Assembly (NCBI RefSeq): GCF_964204645.1
Contig: NC_134032.1
Coordinates: forward strand, 5,444,275-5,508,274
DNA from: Tubulanus polymorphus
Lineage: Eukaryota > Animalia > Nemertea
Direction of reading: 5' to 3'
Length of the DNA: 64,000 bases
In this document: positions 1-10,733 of the stretch, in pieces
Position numbering within the stretch: position 1 is the stretch's first letter
Layout: the number at the start of each line of letters is the position of its first letter
Made by a program: the position numbers and the translations under genes
Notes under the pieces: model-generated
What the model was told of the DNA's origin: nothing
Seen by the model: only the letters and a program-made list of their open reading frames with translations
Databases searched by the model: none

Positions 1-347
1 CCCAATAAATTAGATAATGTTTCTGAATGTGTTTCTTTGTTGAATAATTGTGTTAATCTAGACCGTAAACATTGTTTCAATCTAAAATTAAGATCTGTTT
101 GATATCTTTCTCTCATATATTCTGTCATATAATCATTATAAGATTCTCTATTATCTTCTCGATATTGTTTGGTATATAGTTTAATGCAAGTTTTACAGTA
201 ATATTGAAAACCATCTTTGCTAGTCTTACGCTTACTAAATTCTGTTAATGATTTATCTAATTCACATTTAGAACATTTCTTGTAATATATGTTTATAACG
301 CCAGTGTTATTTGTAATATTGATAGTTTGTGGTTGTTCTGGTTCCAT
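1..347 (-). CDS. HNH-like endonuclease, 5' part (homolog of 39153-39821)
   Basis: ATG at 347; sequence nearly identical to the start of 39153-39821 (MEPEQPQTINIT...). Confidence 0.8.
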   Translation of the reverse strand, partial: MEPEQPQTINITNNTGVINIYYKKCSKCELDKSLTEFSKRKTSKDGFQYYCKTCIKLYTKQYREDNRESYNDYMTEYMRERYQTDLNFRLKQCLRSRLTQLFNKETHSETLSNLL

Positions 348-483
348 TTATTATACATATTTTTTTACTAAATTGGTTAATAATTTTAGAATCCTCTTCC
401 ATTTCTTCGACCAACGTCATCCTTTTTCATTCCTCGCTGCTTTTGATAAGTTTTTTCGATTCCTTGATATCTAAATAATACAA

Positions 484-790
484 GCGGCCGGCCATTTATG
501 GCCGGTTTTGCTTAATGCGCATGCGTTAATCATAATTATAAATTCATTCTATAAATTCTGTAAAATAGAAACAACACATGCGTTACATGCGTCACATGCG
601 GCCATTTGTGGCCGGTTTTGATCAATACGCATGCGCTAATCATAATTATATATTCATTATGCAAATTCTGTAAAATAGAAACAACTGAACATAGAAAATT
701 CAAACGCATTCACGTCCCTCGTCACATGCGTTACATGTGTCACATGCGGCCATTTATGGCCGGTTTTGCTTAATGCGCATGCGTTAAACA
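484..790. repeat. Three imperfect direct repeats with palindromic cores in the left-arm non-coding region
   Basis: gcggccatttrtggccggttttg...trcgcatgcg recurs at about 484, 598 and 746. Confidence 0.8.
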
Positions 791-1512
791 TAATAGAAAC
801 GACTGAACATAAAAATTCACAAATCAGATTTACACAATACATTATACAAGTTGTTCAGTCATTTCTTCTAATACATCATTTGATTTCTATAAATACAATT
901 TATAATTACAAACATTTTTTCAATTGCTGGTAAATATTTAACTACATTAACAAATGTTAAACTTAATCATTGGAGTCTTAATGTTTTTGAAATTCTTATA
1001 TTTCTTCTTCGATCTTTTGGTGATTCTATTGGTTCGATATCCATTGCTGTTGATTCCTCAGTCAGAAAGAGTATCTTGAGTTTCTCTATCGCTTCTTGAT
1101 GCGTATGGCGTTTTATTAATCTAAAAGATATTAGCGGTAACTCTAGCTATCTAAAAGATATACTAAATACGCTTAAATATATCTAAAGGTTTCATATTTA
1201 ATAACCCTAATAACTACAACAAACGGTACTTACATTTAGATTTATAATTGTAAACTATAAACTCCTAATTTCGTTTCGAAAGATAGAATATCCTGAGCAC
1301 AATATTACAGCGTATGTCCATTTCCGGGGTGATTTCTAGAATGAACACGTCGTTGATTATGCCACGTCATCTAGTTCCGGCGCGCCTTTCTAGAATATTC
1401 TACACGTTTCTGATTATGACGTGTCATAATGTCTCGTCGTTATAGTAACAACTGAAACAGCTGTGAATTTATAGATTTATTCTATAGCTCTGTATATTGA
1501 ATGTATATAGGC

Positions 1513-1737
1513 TCAAATAGAATCATGTTCTAGTATAAACATCGTATCCTCAACGTATTGTTCATTATTTGGATCAGTGTTCCATAATTCAATAAATTTC
1601 TTTCCTTTTGTTAACTGTTCTGAATACTCTAGTTTCAATTTATTCTCTAAATGTGTTCTAGTTTTATTGTGTCTTGCTTTTTGGGATTTATCTATATCGA
1701 TATTACATGTTGGGCAGTAGTACTTATTTGCTTCCAT
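1513..1737 (-). CDS. Small C2H2-like zinc-finger protein starting inside the TIR
   Basis: CPTC-x10-H-x4-H; N-terminus matches 38824 and 56492. Confidence 0.75.
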   Translation of the reverse strand: MEANKYYCPTCNIDIDKSQKARHNKTRTHLENKLKLEYSEQLTKGKKFIELWNTDPNNEQYVEDTMFILEHDSI

Positions 1738-1819
1738 TTTAATACTGAATTTTTTATTAAAATTGATTTTAGAAGTTCAATGATTTATATTTTATTCATA
1801 TATATATGAATATTTTAAG

Positions 1820-2225
1820 AGTAATAGGGGTAATAGGCTTTCATATCAAAGGTTTAATGATCGAGTTCATTAATAACATATATTAAAAGTAATTAAAAAA
1901 CTATAATATATTTTCATAACCGCGTGCATTTCAGTTGAATAATAGAATAATTATTATCATTTGAATATATTTGATTATTTGAATTTGTGTATTGTAATTA
2001 AATCAATTGGTCGCGGAGCGGAGCGGTAGCGAAGTGGAGCGACCAATTGATTTAATACAATATGCTTTTTATATTATTGATATCTTAGAATAAATATTTA
2101 GTTTTGATATAAAATGCACGCGGTTATGAAAATATATTATAGTTTTTTAATTACTTTTAATATTTTGTTTTTTAATGGGCTCGACCGTTCGACCTTTGGT
2201 ATGAAAGCCTATTACCCCTATTACT
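1820..2225. repeat. Terminal imperfect palindrome (~406 bp) of copy D
   Basis: agtaataggggtaataggctttc ... gaaagcctattacccctattact. Inner arms ttttcataaccgcgtgcattt/aaatgcacgcggttatgaaaa and aaatcaattggtcgc/gcgaccaattgattt. Confidence 0.92.
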
Positions 2226-3375
2226 GATAACTGTTTCGCGAGAAATTTAGATAACCGGTATGTAGGAGAATTACAATTGGAGACTATAGGGCGCAGTGGA
2301 ACATTATCTTTATGAATTTTAGGCAATCCATAGATATATGGTAAAGAGGGAAGACGTGAATGGAACTTATTCAGAGTTTCTTTAGCGGAGGGGAAACGTT
2401 TAATAATATCCGAAAGACTTCTGTTGAAATTAGTTTGCATACGAGGAAGAGGATTCGATTTAAGTTTCTTATAAACACCAGGATTATCCAAGAGAGATTG
2501 CATTTTAACATTATAATTATCCAGATCTAAAATCACAATCTTGCCACCTTTAATCAGCCTTAGATATTTTAATAGTCTTTAACTTCCGTAGTTCTTGGAG
2601 GGCGAGCCGAAATCGACGAGGTAGATATTCAAAAAGGTTCCTGTTGAGTTGATCGCATATAGCCTGTAGATTCATGAATATAAAGTTATAGTCCAAACTG
2701 TTCGGAGATGATTTGCGATATTCCAATTGGGTGACAAAGTCTAAAACATGTTTATCTTGATGAGGAAGAGAAAAATTCAAACCGTAGCCGAGAAGTTGAC
2801 ACTGAGTAGAAGATAACGTGGTTGAAGACAAATTTACTATGTTTTCGGTGTTGCTAAATCTAGTCCAAGGGCTGGAATCAATGAGTTTATTTAGTTGGTT
2901 GGTAAGATCCACGGACTTTCTGTGCTGATGATATTTTCCAGAGCCTTGAACAATAGTGGAGAGCGATTTCCAGAGGAATAGGTCCGGTACGTGTGACTTC
3001 AAATAATTTTGAGATTGACGGAATTTGTAGAACTGATAGTTACAGTCTTCCTTAGCACGATCTATAGCGAATTTGAGTTGCTTGTTAGCTTCGGGTGGAA
3101 ACGCAGAGCTGGAGTCGTATTTCCAAATCCAAGAAAGTGATCGCGGAACCACTTTTTCGGCATAACACTCCTGAAGGAACTTGACTTTACTTTTAGCAGT
3201 CCTGGATTTGATATAGCATTTCTCATAATTTCGGAAGCTAGCGACGAGGTACGGGAACGTGAAGAAGAAGAATTTTAATACGATATTTCGATCCGTGGGT
3301 AGCATGATCACGATAGGTAAAACACAATATCCGTGTTGACGCGATGAGGAGAGAATCCCACAATGATAATAAAAA
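2226..3375 (-). mobile_element. Penelope-like element, 5' half (ORF from ATG 3305; +1 frameshift near 2550), cut by a Polinton insertion at GTTATC
   Basis: ORFs 2550-3485 and 2147-2536 match the plus-strand PLE ORF up to KFLAKQLS. The 5' leader ttttattatcattgtgggattctctcctcatc is repeated at the PLE 3' ends. Confidence 0.9.
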
Positions 3376-3489
3376 TTCAAAATATCAAAAAATTCAAAAT
3401 ATCTACCTCGTCGATTTCGGCTCGCCCTCCAAGAACTACGGAAGTTAAAGACTATTAAAATATCTAAGGCTGAAAAAGGTGGCAAGATT

Positions 3490-5124
3490 GTGATTTTAGA
3501 TCTGGATAATTATAATGTTAAAATGCAATCTCTCTTGGATAATCCTGGTGTTTATAAGAAACTTAAATCGAATCCTCTTCCTCGTATGCAAGCTAATTTC
3601 AACAGAAGTCTTTCGGATATTATTAAACGTTTCCCGTCCGCTAAAGAAACTCTGAATAAGTTCCATTCACGTCTTCCCTCTTTACCATATATCTATGGAT
3701 TGCCTAAAATTCATAAAGATAATGTTCCACTGCGCCCTATAGTCTCCAATTGTAATTCTCCTACATACCGGTTATCTAAATTTCTCGCGAAACAGTTATC
3801 TCCGGTGCTCGGTTCGTTCTCTCCGTCGCACCTTCGCCATAATCAACACTTACTTGAACGTATTAAGAATATTATCCCTGGCAACGACAAATTTATATCA
3901 TTTGATGTTACTTCCCTTTTTACCAATGTTCCTCTTGGACCTACTCTTGATTTCTTAAAACGCAGATTACCATTACTTAACATTAACTTCGGCATTCCTA
4001 CGGATTGTATCATCGACCTTATCTCTATTTGTACGACGGACTCCTTTTTTGAATTCAACAATTGTTTTTACGAACAGACATTCGGTATCGCTATGGGAAA
4101 TCCTCTAAGTCCTATTCTAGCTAATTTATTCCTAGAACATGTTGAATCTGAAATATTGCCTCTTTACACTGATATTCACCCTAAAATCTGGCTCAGATAT
4201 GTTGACGATGTTCTGGCTTTGGTTCCCTTTGACTTCAATGTTGATAACTTTCTTATATATTTAAACTCCCTTTACCCGTCTCTGGCTTTTACGTATGAAT
4301 GGGAATCTAATAGTAAAATACCTTTTCTGGATGTTTTGATTTTTAACTGTGGATCCTTTTTGAAATTCGCGGTTTATAGGAAACCTACCAACGCTGAATC
4401 CTACCTCCATTACTTCTCTTTTACTTCTCCGGATATTAAACTCGGTTTAGCTCAAGGATTATTTCTTCGCGCTTTGAGAATTTGCGACCCCTCATTTCTA
4501 CCCGATGAAATTCACCATATTAACCAATCTCTCAAAAAACTTGCCTACCCCGATTTCCTATTGAAAAAAGCTCTACTTAAAGCTCGTACTACGCATTTTA
4601 GAAATAACAACCTTAGAACTCCTACGTTGGCTACCGATAAACAGCCTATCATTGTACCGTATGTACCTTTCCTCGAGAATTCTAAAGTTTCTCTTCGGTC
4701 ACTAAATAAACAACTCATCTTTAAATACAATAATAAACTTAGTAACATATTGATTAACAACAAACCGAAAACCGAATCCCTAAACTGTGGAATTTATAAA
4801 ATACCTTGTAAAGTTTGCGACAAAGTATATATAGGAGAAACAGGTCGGAATCTTAATCAACGCATAAAAGAGCATAAATTAGATGTAAAAAACTTTAAAC
4901 CTGAAAGCGGAGTTGCTAGTCATGTTTTTCAGACTTCACACAATTTTGATTTTGCTAATGCTGAATTAGTTTACCCTTGCAGCGATAAAACTAGAAGACA
5001 TATTTTGGAATCTGCATTAATTATTGAAAATTCGAACAACGTTGTAAACCTCAACAATGGTTTTTCCCCCCATAATAAACTTATATCAAAATTCCTCTGT
5101 AAACTGGTTAAACTCAACACTTGA
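3490..5124 (+). CDS. Penelope-type reverse transcriptase + GIY-YIG endonuclease (N-terminally truncated)
   Basis: YGLPKIHK, PLRPIVS, SFDVTSLFT, GIAMGNPLS, RYVDD, FLDV, GIYKIPC-x2-C-x3-YIGETGR. Confidence 0.96.
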   Translation: MILDLDNYNVKMQSLLDNPGVYKKLKSNPLPRMQANFNRSLSDIIKRFPSAKETLNKFHSRLPSLPYIYGLPKIHKDNVPLRPIVSNCNSPTYRLSKFLAKQLSPVLGSFSPSHLRHNQHLLERIKNIIPGNDKFISFDVTSLFTNVPLGPTLDFLKRRLPLLNINFGIPTDCIIDLISICTTDSFFEFNNCFYEQTFGIAMGNPLSPILANLFLEHVESEILPLYTDIHPKIWLRYVDDVLALVPFDFNVDNFLIYLNSLYPSLAFTYEWESNSKIPFLDVLIFNCGSFLKFAVYRKPTNAESYLHYFSFTSPDIKLGLAQGLFLRALRICDPSFLPDEIHHINQSLKKLAYPDFLLKKALLKARTTHFRNNNLRTPTLATDKQPIIVPYVPFLENSKVSLRSLNKQLIFKYNNKLSNILINNKPKTESLNCGIYKIPCKVCDKVYIGETGRNLNQRIKEHKLDVKNFKPESGVASHVFQTSHNFDFANAELVYPCSDKTRRHILESALIIENSNNVVNLNNGFSPHNKLISKFLCKLVKLNT

Positions 5125-5433
5125 TTTCCCCTTTGATTATTTGTTATTTGTTCTCTCATCAATTTCGTCTCTGACTTAACTTGTATTCACCTTTGTTTTA
5201 ATTTAAGTGCCCCTTAGTTTGTCTTTCTTTTTACTACTGACTTTAAGTTTCATTTATATTTATACTCACTATTGTTGTTTATAATCACCCCTTAGTTTGC
5301 TTCCCTTTAATCTATTTTAGCGTGTAACTGTTTCTACGTTAATTTTCCTTTAGTTTGTATCATCTCTGATTACTTGAATTAGTCTCTTTGTCCCTGGATT
5401 GTATATATATCTCATAATTTCTGTAGTATCTCA

Positions 5434-5479
5434 TTATTCCTGAAGATGACTATTAGGATATAGTCGAAACGTTGAATAA
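5434..5479 (+). ncRNA. Minimal type I hammerhead ribozyme in the PLE pLTR
   Basis: ttattc-CTGAAGA-t-gactat/atagtc-GAAAC-GTT-gaataa: stems I and II plus the conserved core. Confidence 0.88.
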
Positions 5480-5552
5480 ACTACTATCTTGAAGTTTCAT
5501 TTTCGGACTTTTTATTATCATTGTGGGATTCTCTCCTCACCTATCAATATCT

Positions 5553-7248
5553 ATTGAGACAAATAAGTTTCTCGGTTGGGCAGCCGCGGATATCTACCGG
5601 AAGTGTTCCGGTTCGATATTTCGAGGTTTCTTTGAATTTTGGAGTGATATTGAAATCCGGTAAATACCAGCGGTAGATTGTGAAAACCCATCGCATGATA
5701 TTTGTATTACTTAATCAACGAAAAGCGTCGGGGCCGCGCCAGGAGTTTTCGTGATTCAAGTAGCGCAATAGCCTACTTCTTCGTGTTCGTCCACCTCAAT
5801 TTTCACTCCGCCGATCTCTGACACGGCTCTGTCCCCGTCGGCGCTGTGAGTGTGATTGCACTTTCGTACCACCAAAATTTTTTATTTCTATATCAGGGAG
5901 GTCTGGAGAATAAAAAAGTCAAAATTTGGATATCACATAGGCCTGATTTCATCGAATAAGTCGACCATGGTCGTTACGTTTCCGTACTTATTACAACCTA
6001 AAACCGTCTGAACAATTTTGTCACAACCAACATTTCGTTTACAGAAATCAGGTGTTCACGTGAATCCGCGGTATCGTCTACTGTTTTACTTCCGGGTTTT
6101 ATTTTAAGATTTAAAATTGTATTTCAAGATCGATTTCTATGAAGTCTTTAGTTGATTTGGTGTTTGGGAGGAATTTTTATTTGCTCTACAGAAAATTCAT
6201 CCTTGACAATTGCGCAAGGTTCGCGAAAAAAGGTTTTACCAAATCGGGTGTATGACCTTGATATGCTAATTAGCCATGTGCCCGAATTGCAAATTCAATC
6301 AAATTTTATTCTGCCAAAAAATGTTAAATACAATTCGCTTTCCGAGAGTTAATGGTATGCTGCATGGAACAAAGTTGTTTTGAGATGGGTCTTGAAGCTA
6401 TTGAGGTCGAGAGATAACCATCTAGATAGTTCGTGAGAGTTCCAAAGTTTTGAAGACGCTTCAAGGTAATGTCTTGATATTTGTTTTATACGTGTATCTA
6501 CCCTAGACACATCTTCAGGCCAAAAACTGGCCCTGTCAGATTCAAGATGGCCGACTGGCAACCATTGTTGTTCGCCAAAATCAGCACTTTTTACACATTT
6601 TTGAAGTTTTCGAGGGAAATTTTGAAGACACTTTTATCAATAACCTTGATCATTCGTATATATTTGTATCCCCCGAGGGCCCATCGGCATGAGAAAAATT
6701 GAGTCGATCGGACTCAAGATGGCCGTACTGTGACCTTTTTTGTTCCCAAAAATGTCAATTTTGGCCTGAATTCTGAGTACTATAGCTTTCTAATGGTGCG
6801 CCATGTTTCATTGCAATTTGTAATGGGTATTCTTTGGAACGGGATCTTTTATATCCGAGAGGGTATTTTTGACCAGGCAATTATGACGCACTTGGCAGCT
6901 ATCTTGGGGTCATCAGTACTCATTCGTAGGTGGGAAAAAAGTTTTTCCACATCATAATTGATACTTAAGCATATTTTGCTACTATAATCAATTGGAAAGT
7001 TGTAGCTCATGACATGTTCTATGATCGAGGTGAGTTGGTTTTTTTTATGGCCACCAGGGGGCGTTGAACAATACAATAACTTAGTATTTCTATATTACAT
7101 TCGTTCCTGCTGTCTGTGTTAACACACGATTTTACTATGTAAATGATATTGAGCAGGGAGTGTATATTGATAAATATAACCCACAGATTACATCATTTAT
7201 AAAAAGCAAATCTGACAGACTGGCCATTGTGCCCCTTGGGGCTCTTGT
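5553..7248 (+). mobile_element. Helentron-type non-autonomous element (HINE/DINE-like), 3' part
   Basis: 3' end gactggcc...gccccttggggc-tcttgttt (subTIR, short hairpin, T-run). The matching 5' part is at 58616-58965. Confidence 0.65.
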
Positions 7249-7512
7249 TTAGTATTTTTTATTTGTGATTTAAAGTATTCTTTTTTGAAAAGAAAATATT
7301 AAAAATATAATAGAATTCACTAGCTAGTTGAAGTTATTGTTTTTTAATATATTTTATTTAGGGTCGAGCTCGTAAAAAAATGAAAATAACAATAATTTCC
7401 AGTTGAATTAGGAGTGTGCGCGACTAATTTAACTGGAAATTATTGTTATTTTCATTTTTTTACGAGCTCGACCCTTCGACCTTTGGCCTGAAAGCCCATT
7501 ACCCCTATTACT
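7249..7512 (-). mobile_element. Left end of Polinton copy C (internally deleted), nested in the MSKK gene of copy E
   Basis: Terminus at 7512 with hairpin 7361-7512, joined directly to sequence matching about 8066-8175. It interrupts the ORF at KWVGY. Confidence 0.85.
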
Positions 7513-7945
7513 CATAACCAACCCATTTTTGTAATTCAGTCATAACTAAGTAGTCATTTTTCAAATCACTATATAATTTATTTTCATCATTAATTGGTAT
7601 TAACTGGTTACATAACTTAGAATAACATTTGACAATACCATCTGAAATAGAATCATTTATTCTAGCTAATCTTGCTTCTTCATAAATCTTAAAATATTTT
7701 ATTACTTTATCTGGTTTCATAGAGTCTAATTCTTGAAAAGTAATAATTCTATTTAAAAACTCTTTAGATTTTCCGCCAGCAATTAGTAATTCAAGATGGT
7801 GTTTACAATATAAATAGTATTCATAATCTATATTACAATTTACTTGAATAGAATTAGAAACAACTGGATCCTTATTATCACTAATACCCAAATCATCTAA
7901 TGTCTTTTCAATATCAATACTATTCTTACTCGATTTCTTTGACAT
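7508..7945 (-). pseudogene. Truncated homolog of 41322-41927
   Basis: Near-identical protein until KWVGY; the stop is supplied by the inserted terminus. Confidence 0.85.
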
Positions 7946-8246
7946 TTATATTAGAGAAATTTAATAAGAAAAATATTATAAGTATTATAAAATGATACCA
8001 GTATCTCTTCAGATTAATACTAGCTTAGTTAAAGGTAAAGAATTTTAGTATTAGTTATTGTTTTTTTAGTATTTTTTATTTGTGATATAAAGTATTCTTT
8101 TTTGAAAAGAAAATATTAAAAATATAATAGAATTCACTAGCTAGTTGAAGTTATTGTTTTTTAAATACTTTTTATTTAAAATCTATTTGATATCTCACTA
8201 CTTTTGTTTATCTATTAGGAGCAGTAATTATAACTGTCCAGATAAG

Positions 8247-8462
8247 TCATTTCGGATCCTTGATATCAAATTCCTCAACGTATTGTTCATTATTTGTATC
8301 ATTGTTCCATTGATCAATAAATTTCTTTGCCTTTGTTAACTGTTCTAAATATAACTGTAAATCTAGTTTATTAGATTTGATTTTATTTTCTTTCTTTTCA
8401 AGAGGTCTTAAATTTTTCAAATTCCAAATAAGTTTTTTATTGTATTCATCATTCCTTTCCAT
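8247..8462 (-). pseudogene. C-terminal fragment of the HNH protein with its own TAAATG start
   Basis: NDEYNKKLIWNLKNLRPLEKKEN matches the C-terminus of 39153-39821. Confidence 0.7.
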
Positions 8463-8975
8463 TTATAAATCAAATTTTTAATAAAATTGATTAATATTTT
8501 AGAATCCTCTTCCATTTCTTCGACTAACGTCATCCTTTTTCATTCCTCGCTGCTTTTGATAAGTCATTTCGGATCCTCGATAATAAATCCTGAACTGAAA
8601 ATCAATTCAACGAAACGACTGGTGGAAATATTATTTCATAAACACATATATTTATTATGTAAATTTTAGCGATCGATAATAGAACAATGGAGAACAATAG
8701 AAAAGCTGTCCAATCGGACCGGTTATTGCGCAATACACAGTTATATTTTTATTCTGTAAACTACAACATTCAAACATAGAAATGTAACCAATCAATATTG
8801 AGCAGCTGTTTCCGTCAACAACGATCGATAATAGAACAATGGAGAACAATAGAAAAGCGGTCCAATCGGACCGGTTATTGCGCAATACTTAGTTAACAGT
8901 AAACAATACAATATTAAAACAGATATATACAATCGAGATTACATTTTTGATATCTAAGACCTTCAGTGTTATAGT

Positions 8976-9443
8976 TTATAATTTTGTCCAGAATTCTTTA
9001 ATTACTGGATTGTTTCCAATCATTTCTTCAATTTTTGGTAAATATCTGACTACTTCACTAAATGCTAATCCTAATATTTTGAATTGTTCATATTTCATTA
9101 ATCTACCTACTCTTCTCAGTTTTCTTTCAAAGCCGGCACTGATATCTCCACTCATTTTCTTAGTTTTCGATTCTTTGAGTCCAAACAGCAATTTAAGTCG
9201 CGTTGCTGGTAATTTTGGTAATTGTAGTTCGCGCGGTAATTGTTTATTATGTATTACATCACTCAGAATTTTCACCATTTCTTGATGATAATCCAAATGT
9301 TCTTGTAATTTTTGTGAAGTTTGTTCGTCAATTACGAGAGTTTTATCCTCCATTTCTATTGATTCCTGAGTTTCACTATCTATCGTTTCTGGTTCCTCTT
9401 CCGATGGTTGACTTGGAATTTTTGGTTGATCTCTGTATTCCAT
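8976..9443 (-). CDS. Polinton hypothetical protein (MEYR...), intact allele
   Basis: Homolog of the frameshifted 40170-40632. Confidence 0.8.
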   Translation of the reverse strand: MEYRDQPKIPSQPSEEEPETIDSETQESIEMEDKTLVIDEQTSQKLQEHLDYHQEMVKILSDVIHNKQLPRELQLPKLPATRLKLLFGLKESKTKKMSGDISAGFERKLRRVGRLMKYEQFKILGLAFSEVVRYLPKIEEMIGNNPVIKEFWTKL

Positions 9444-9844
9444 TTTAATCCAAAAGATGTCGTGAAAATGAATTACTGTACTTAAATATGTTTAAAGGTT
9501 TCCCTACTTCATAATATATGTACTTACATTTAGATTTAGAACTGTAAACTGTGTTTTGAGAGAGAATATCCAATACGTACTATGTATGTGAAAGTTGATT
9601 TCTAACTGCCGACGTGGCGCACGTTCGACCAAACTAATTATTTCTGCATGTTTGCCTGGATTGTAACAGATGTTCCTTTGTGATGAAGTTAATTAATTCT
9701 TTTCAACTGAAATAGCACATTCGATCAATATTCAAATGAGGTGCGCCCCATTCAACTGAATATAACGTGCGACAGATGCTTTTGTAAACAACCTAATACA
9801 ATTACATATAGGCGGTTTGACATAGATCGAGAGTAACCGGTTTT

Positions 9845-10481
9845 CTAAGCGCTTGGTGTTGAGTTCCATAATTCAACAAATGTCTTTGCTTTATCCAGTT
9901 GATCTAAATATAATTTCATATCTAGTTTATTAGATTTAATTATGTTTTCCTTCTTTTCTAAAGGTCTTAAATTTTTCCAACACCAAATAAGTTTTTTATT
10001 GTATTCATCATTCATGTTAAATTTAGAAATCGGCAACACGTGATCAATATGAAAGTATTCACCATAATTATCTATATTCATTTTATCATCGAATCGATAT
10101 ATTATCCATGATATGAAAAATTCATCTAAACAACCCAATAAATTAGATAGTGTTTCTGAATGTGTTTCTTTGTTGAATAATTGTGTTAATCTAGATCTTA
10201 AACATTGTTTTAATCTAAAATTAAGATCTGTTTGATATCTTCCTCTCATATATTCTGTCATAATCATCCTAAGCTTCTCTATTATCTTCTCGATATTGTT
10301 TGGTATATAGTTTAGTACAAGTTTTACAGCAATATTGAAAACCATCTTTGCTCATCTTACGCTTATTAAATTCTGTTATAGCTAATTTATGTAATTCACA
10401 TTTAGAACACTTCTTGTAGTATATATTTATGAGGCCAGTGTTATTTGTAATATTTATAGTTTGTGGTTGTTCTGGTTCCAT
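9845..10481 (-). pseudogene. HNH-like endonuclease, frameshifted near 10269
   Basis: Two overlapping ORFs together match 39153-39821. Confidence 0.85.
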
Positions 10482-10733
10482 TTATTATACATATTTTTTA
10501 CGAAATTGGTTTTTTTAGTAGTTCAATGATTTATATTATGTATTATTTCAATCACACTTTACTAACACTTTTAATGTTTTAACATCTAACTCATACAAAT
10601 ATGAATATTGAAATAATGTTGTAAATATATCTATATCTCTATTCTATAAGAGCTTACACTTTTAAATTGAATAATCTGTCAATTTAAATGTTATTCATGT
10701 AAATTATGTTTATATACATATGAATATTTTAAG

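Larger units (their letters stand above)
1..2225 (-). mobile_element. Polinton/Maverick copy D, left arm (runs off window start)
   Basis: Minus strand begins AGTAATAGGGGTAATAGGCTTTC at 2225, the same terminus as 56840. It carries the MEANKYYC zinc-finger ORF and the MEPEQ HNH ORF found in the complete copy. Confidence 0.93.
3398..5539 (+). mobile_element. Penelope-like element, 5'-truncated copy in inverted (head-to-head) orientation
   Basis: RT plus GIY-YIG ORF followed by a 3' pLTR with a hammerhead. Begins at aatatctacctcg, which is the reverse complement of about 2610-2629. Confidence 0.93.

Noticed and set aside
3306-3485. N-terminal extension of ORF 2550-3485
   Set aside because: It reads across the PLE inversion junction and leader; the plausible start is the ATG at 3305.
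7245-7251. Apparent 7-bp TSD ctaaaca shared with 58964-58970
   Set aside because: Better explained by Helentron end sequence plus insertion into an A/T run. Continuity of the flanks is accepted, but the TSD is not.
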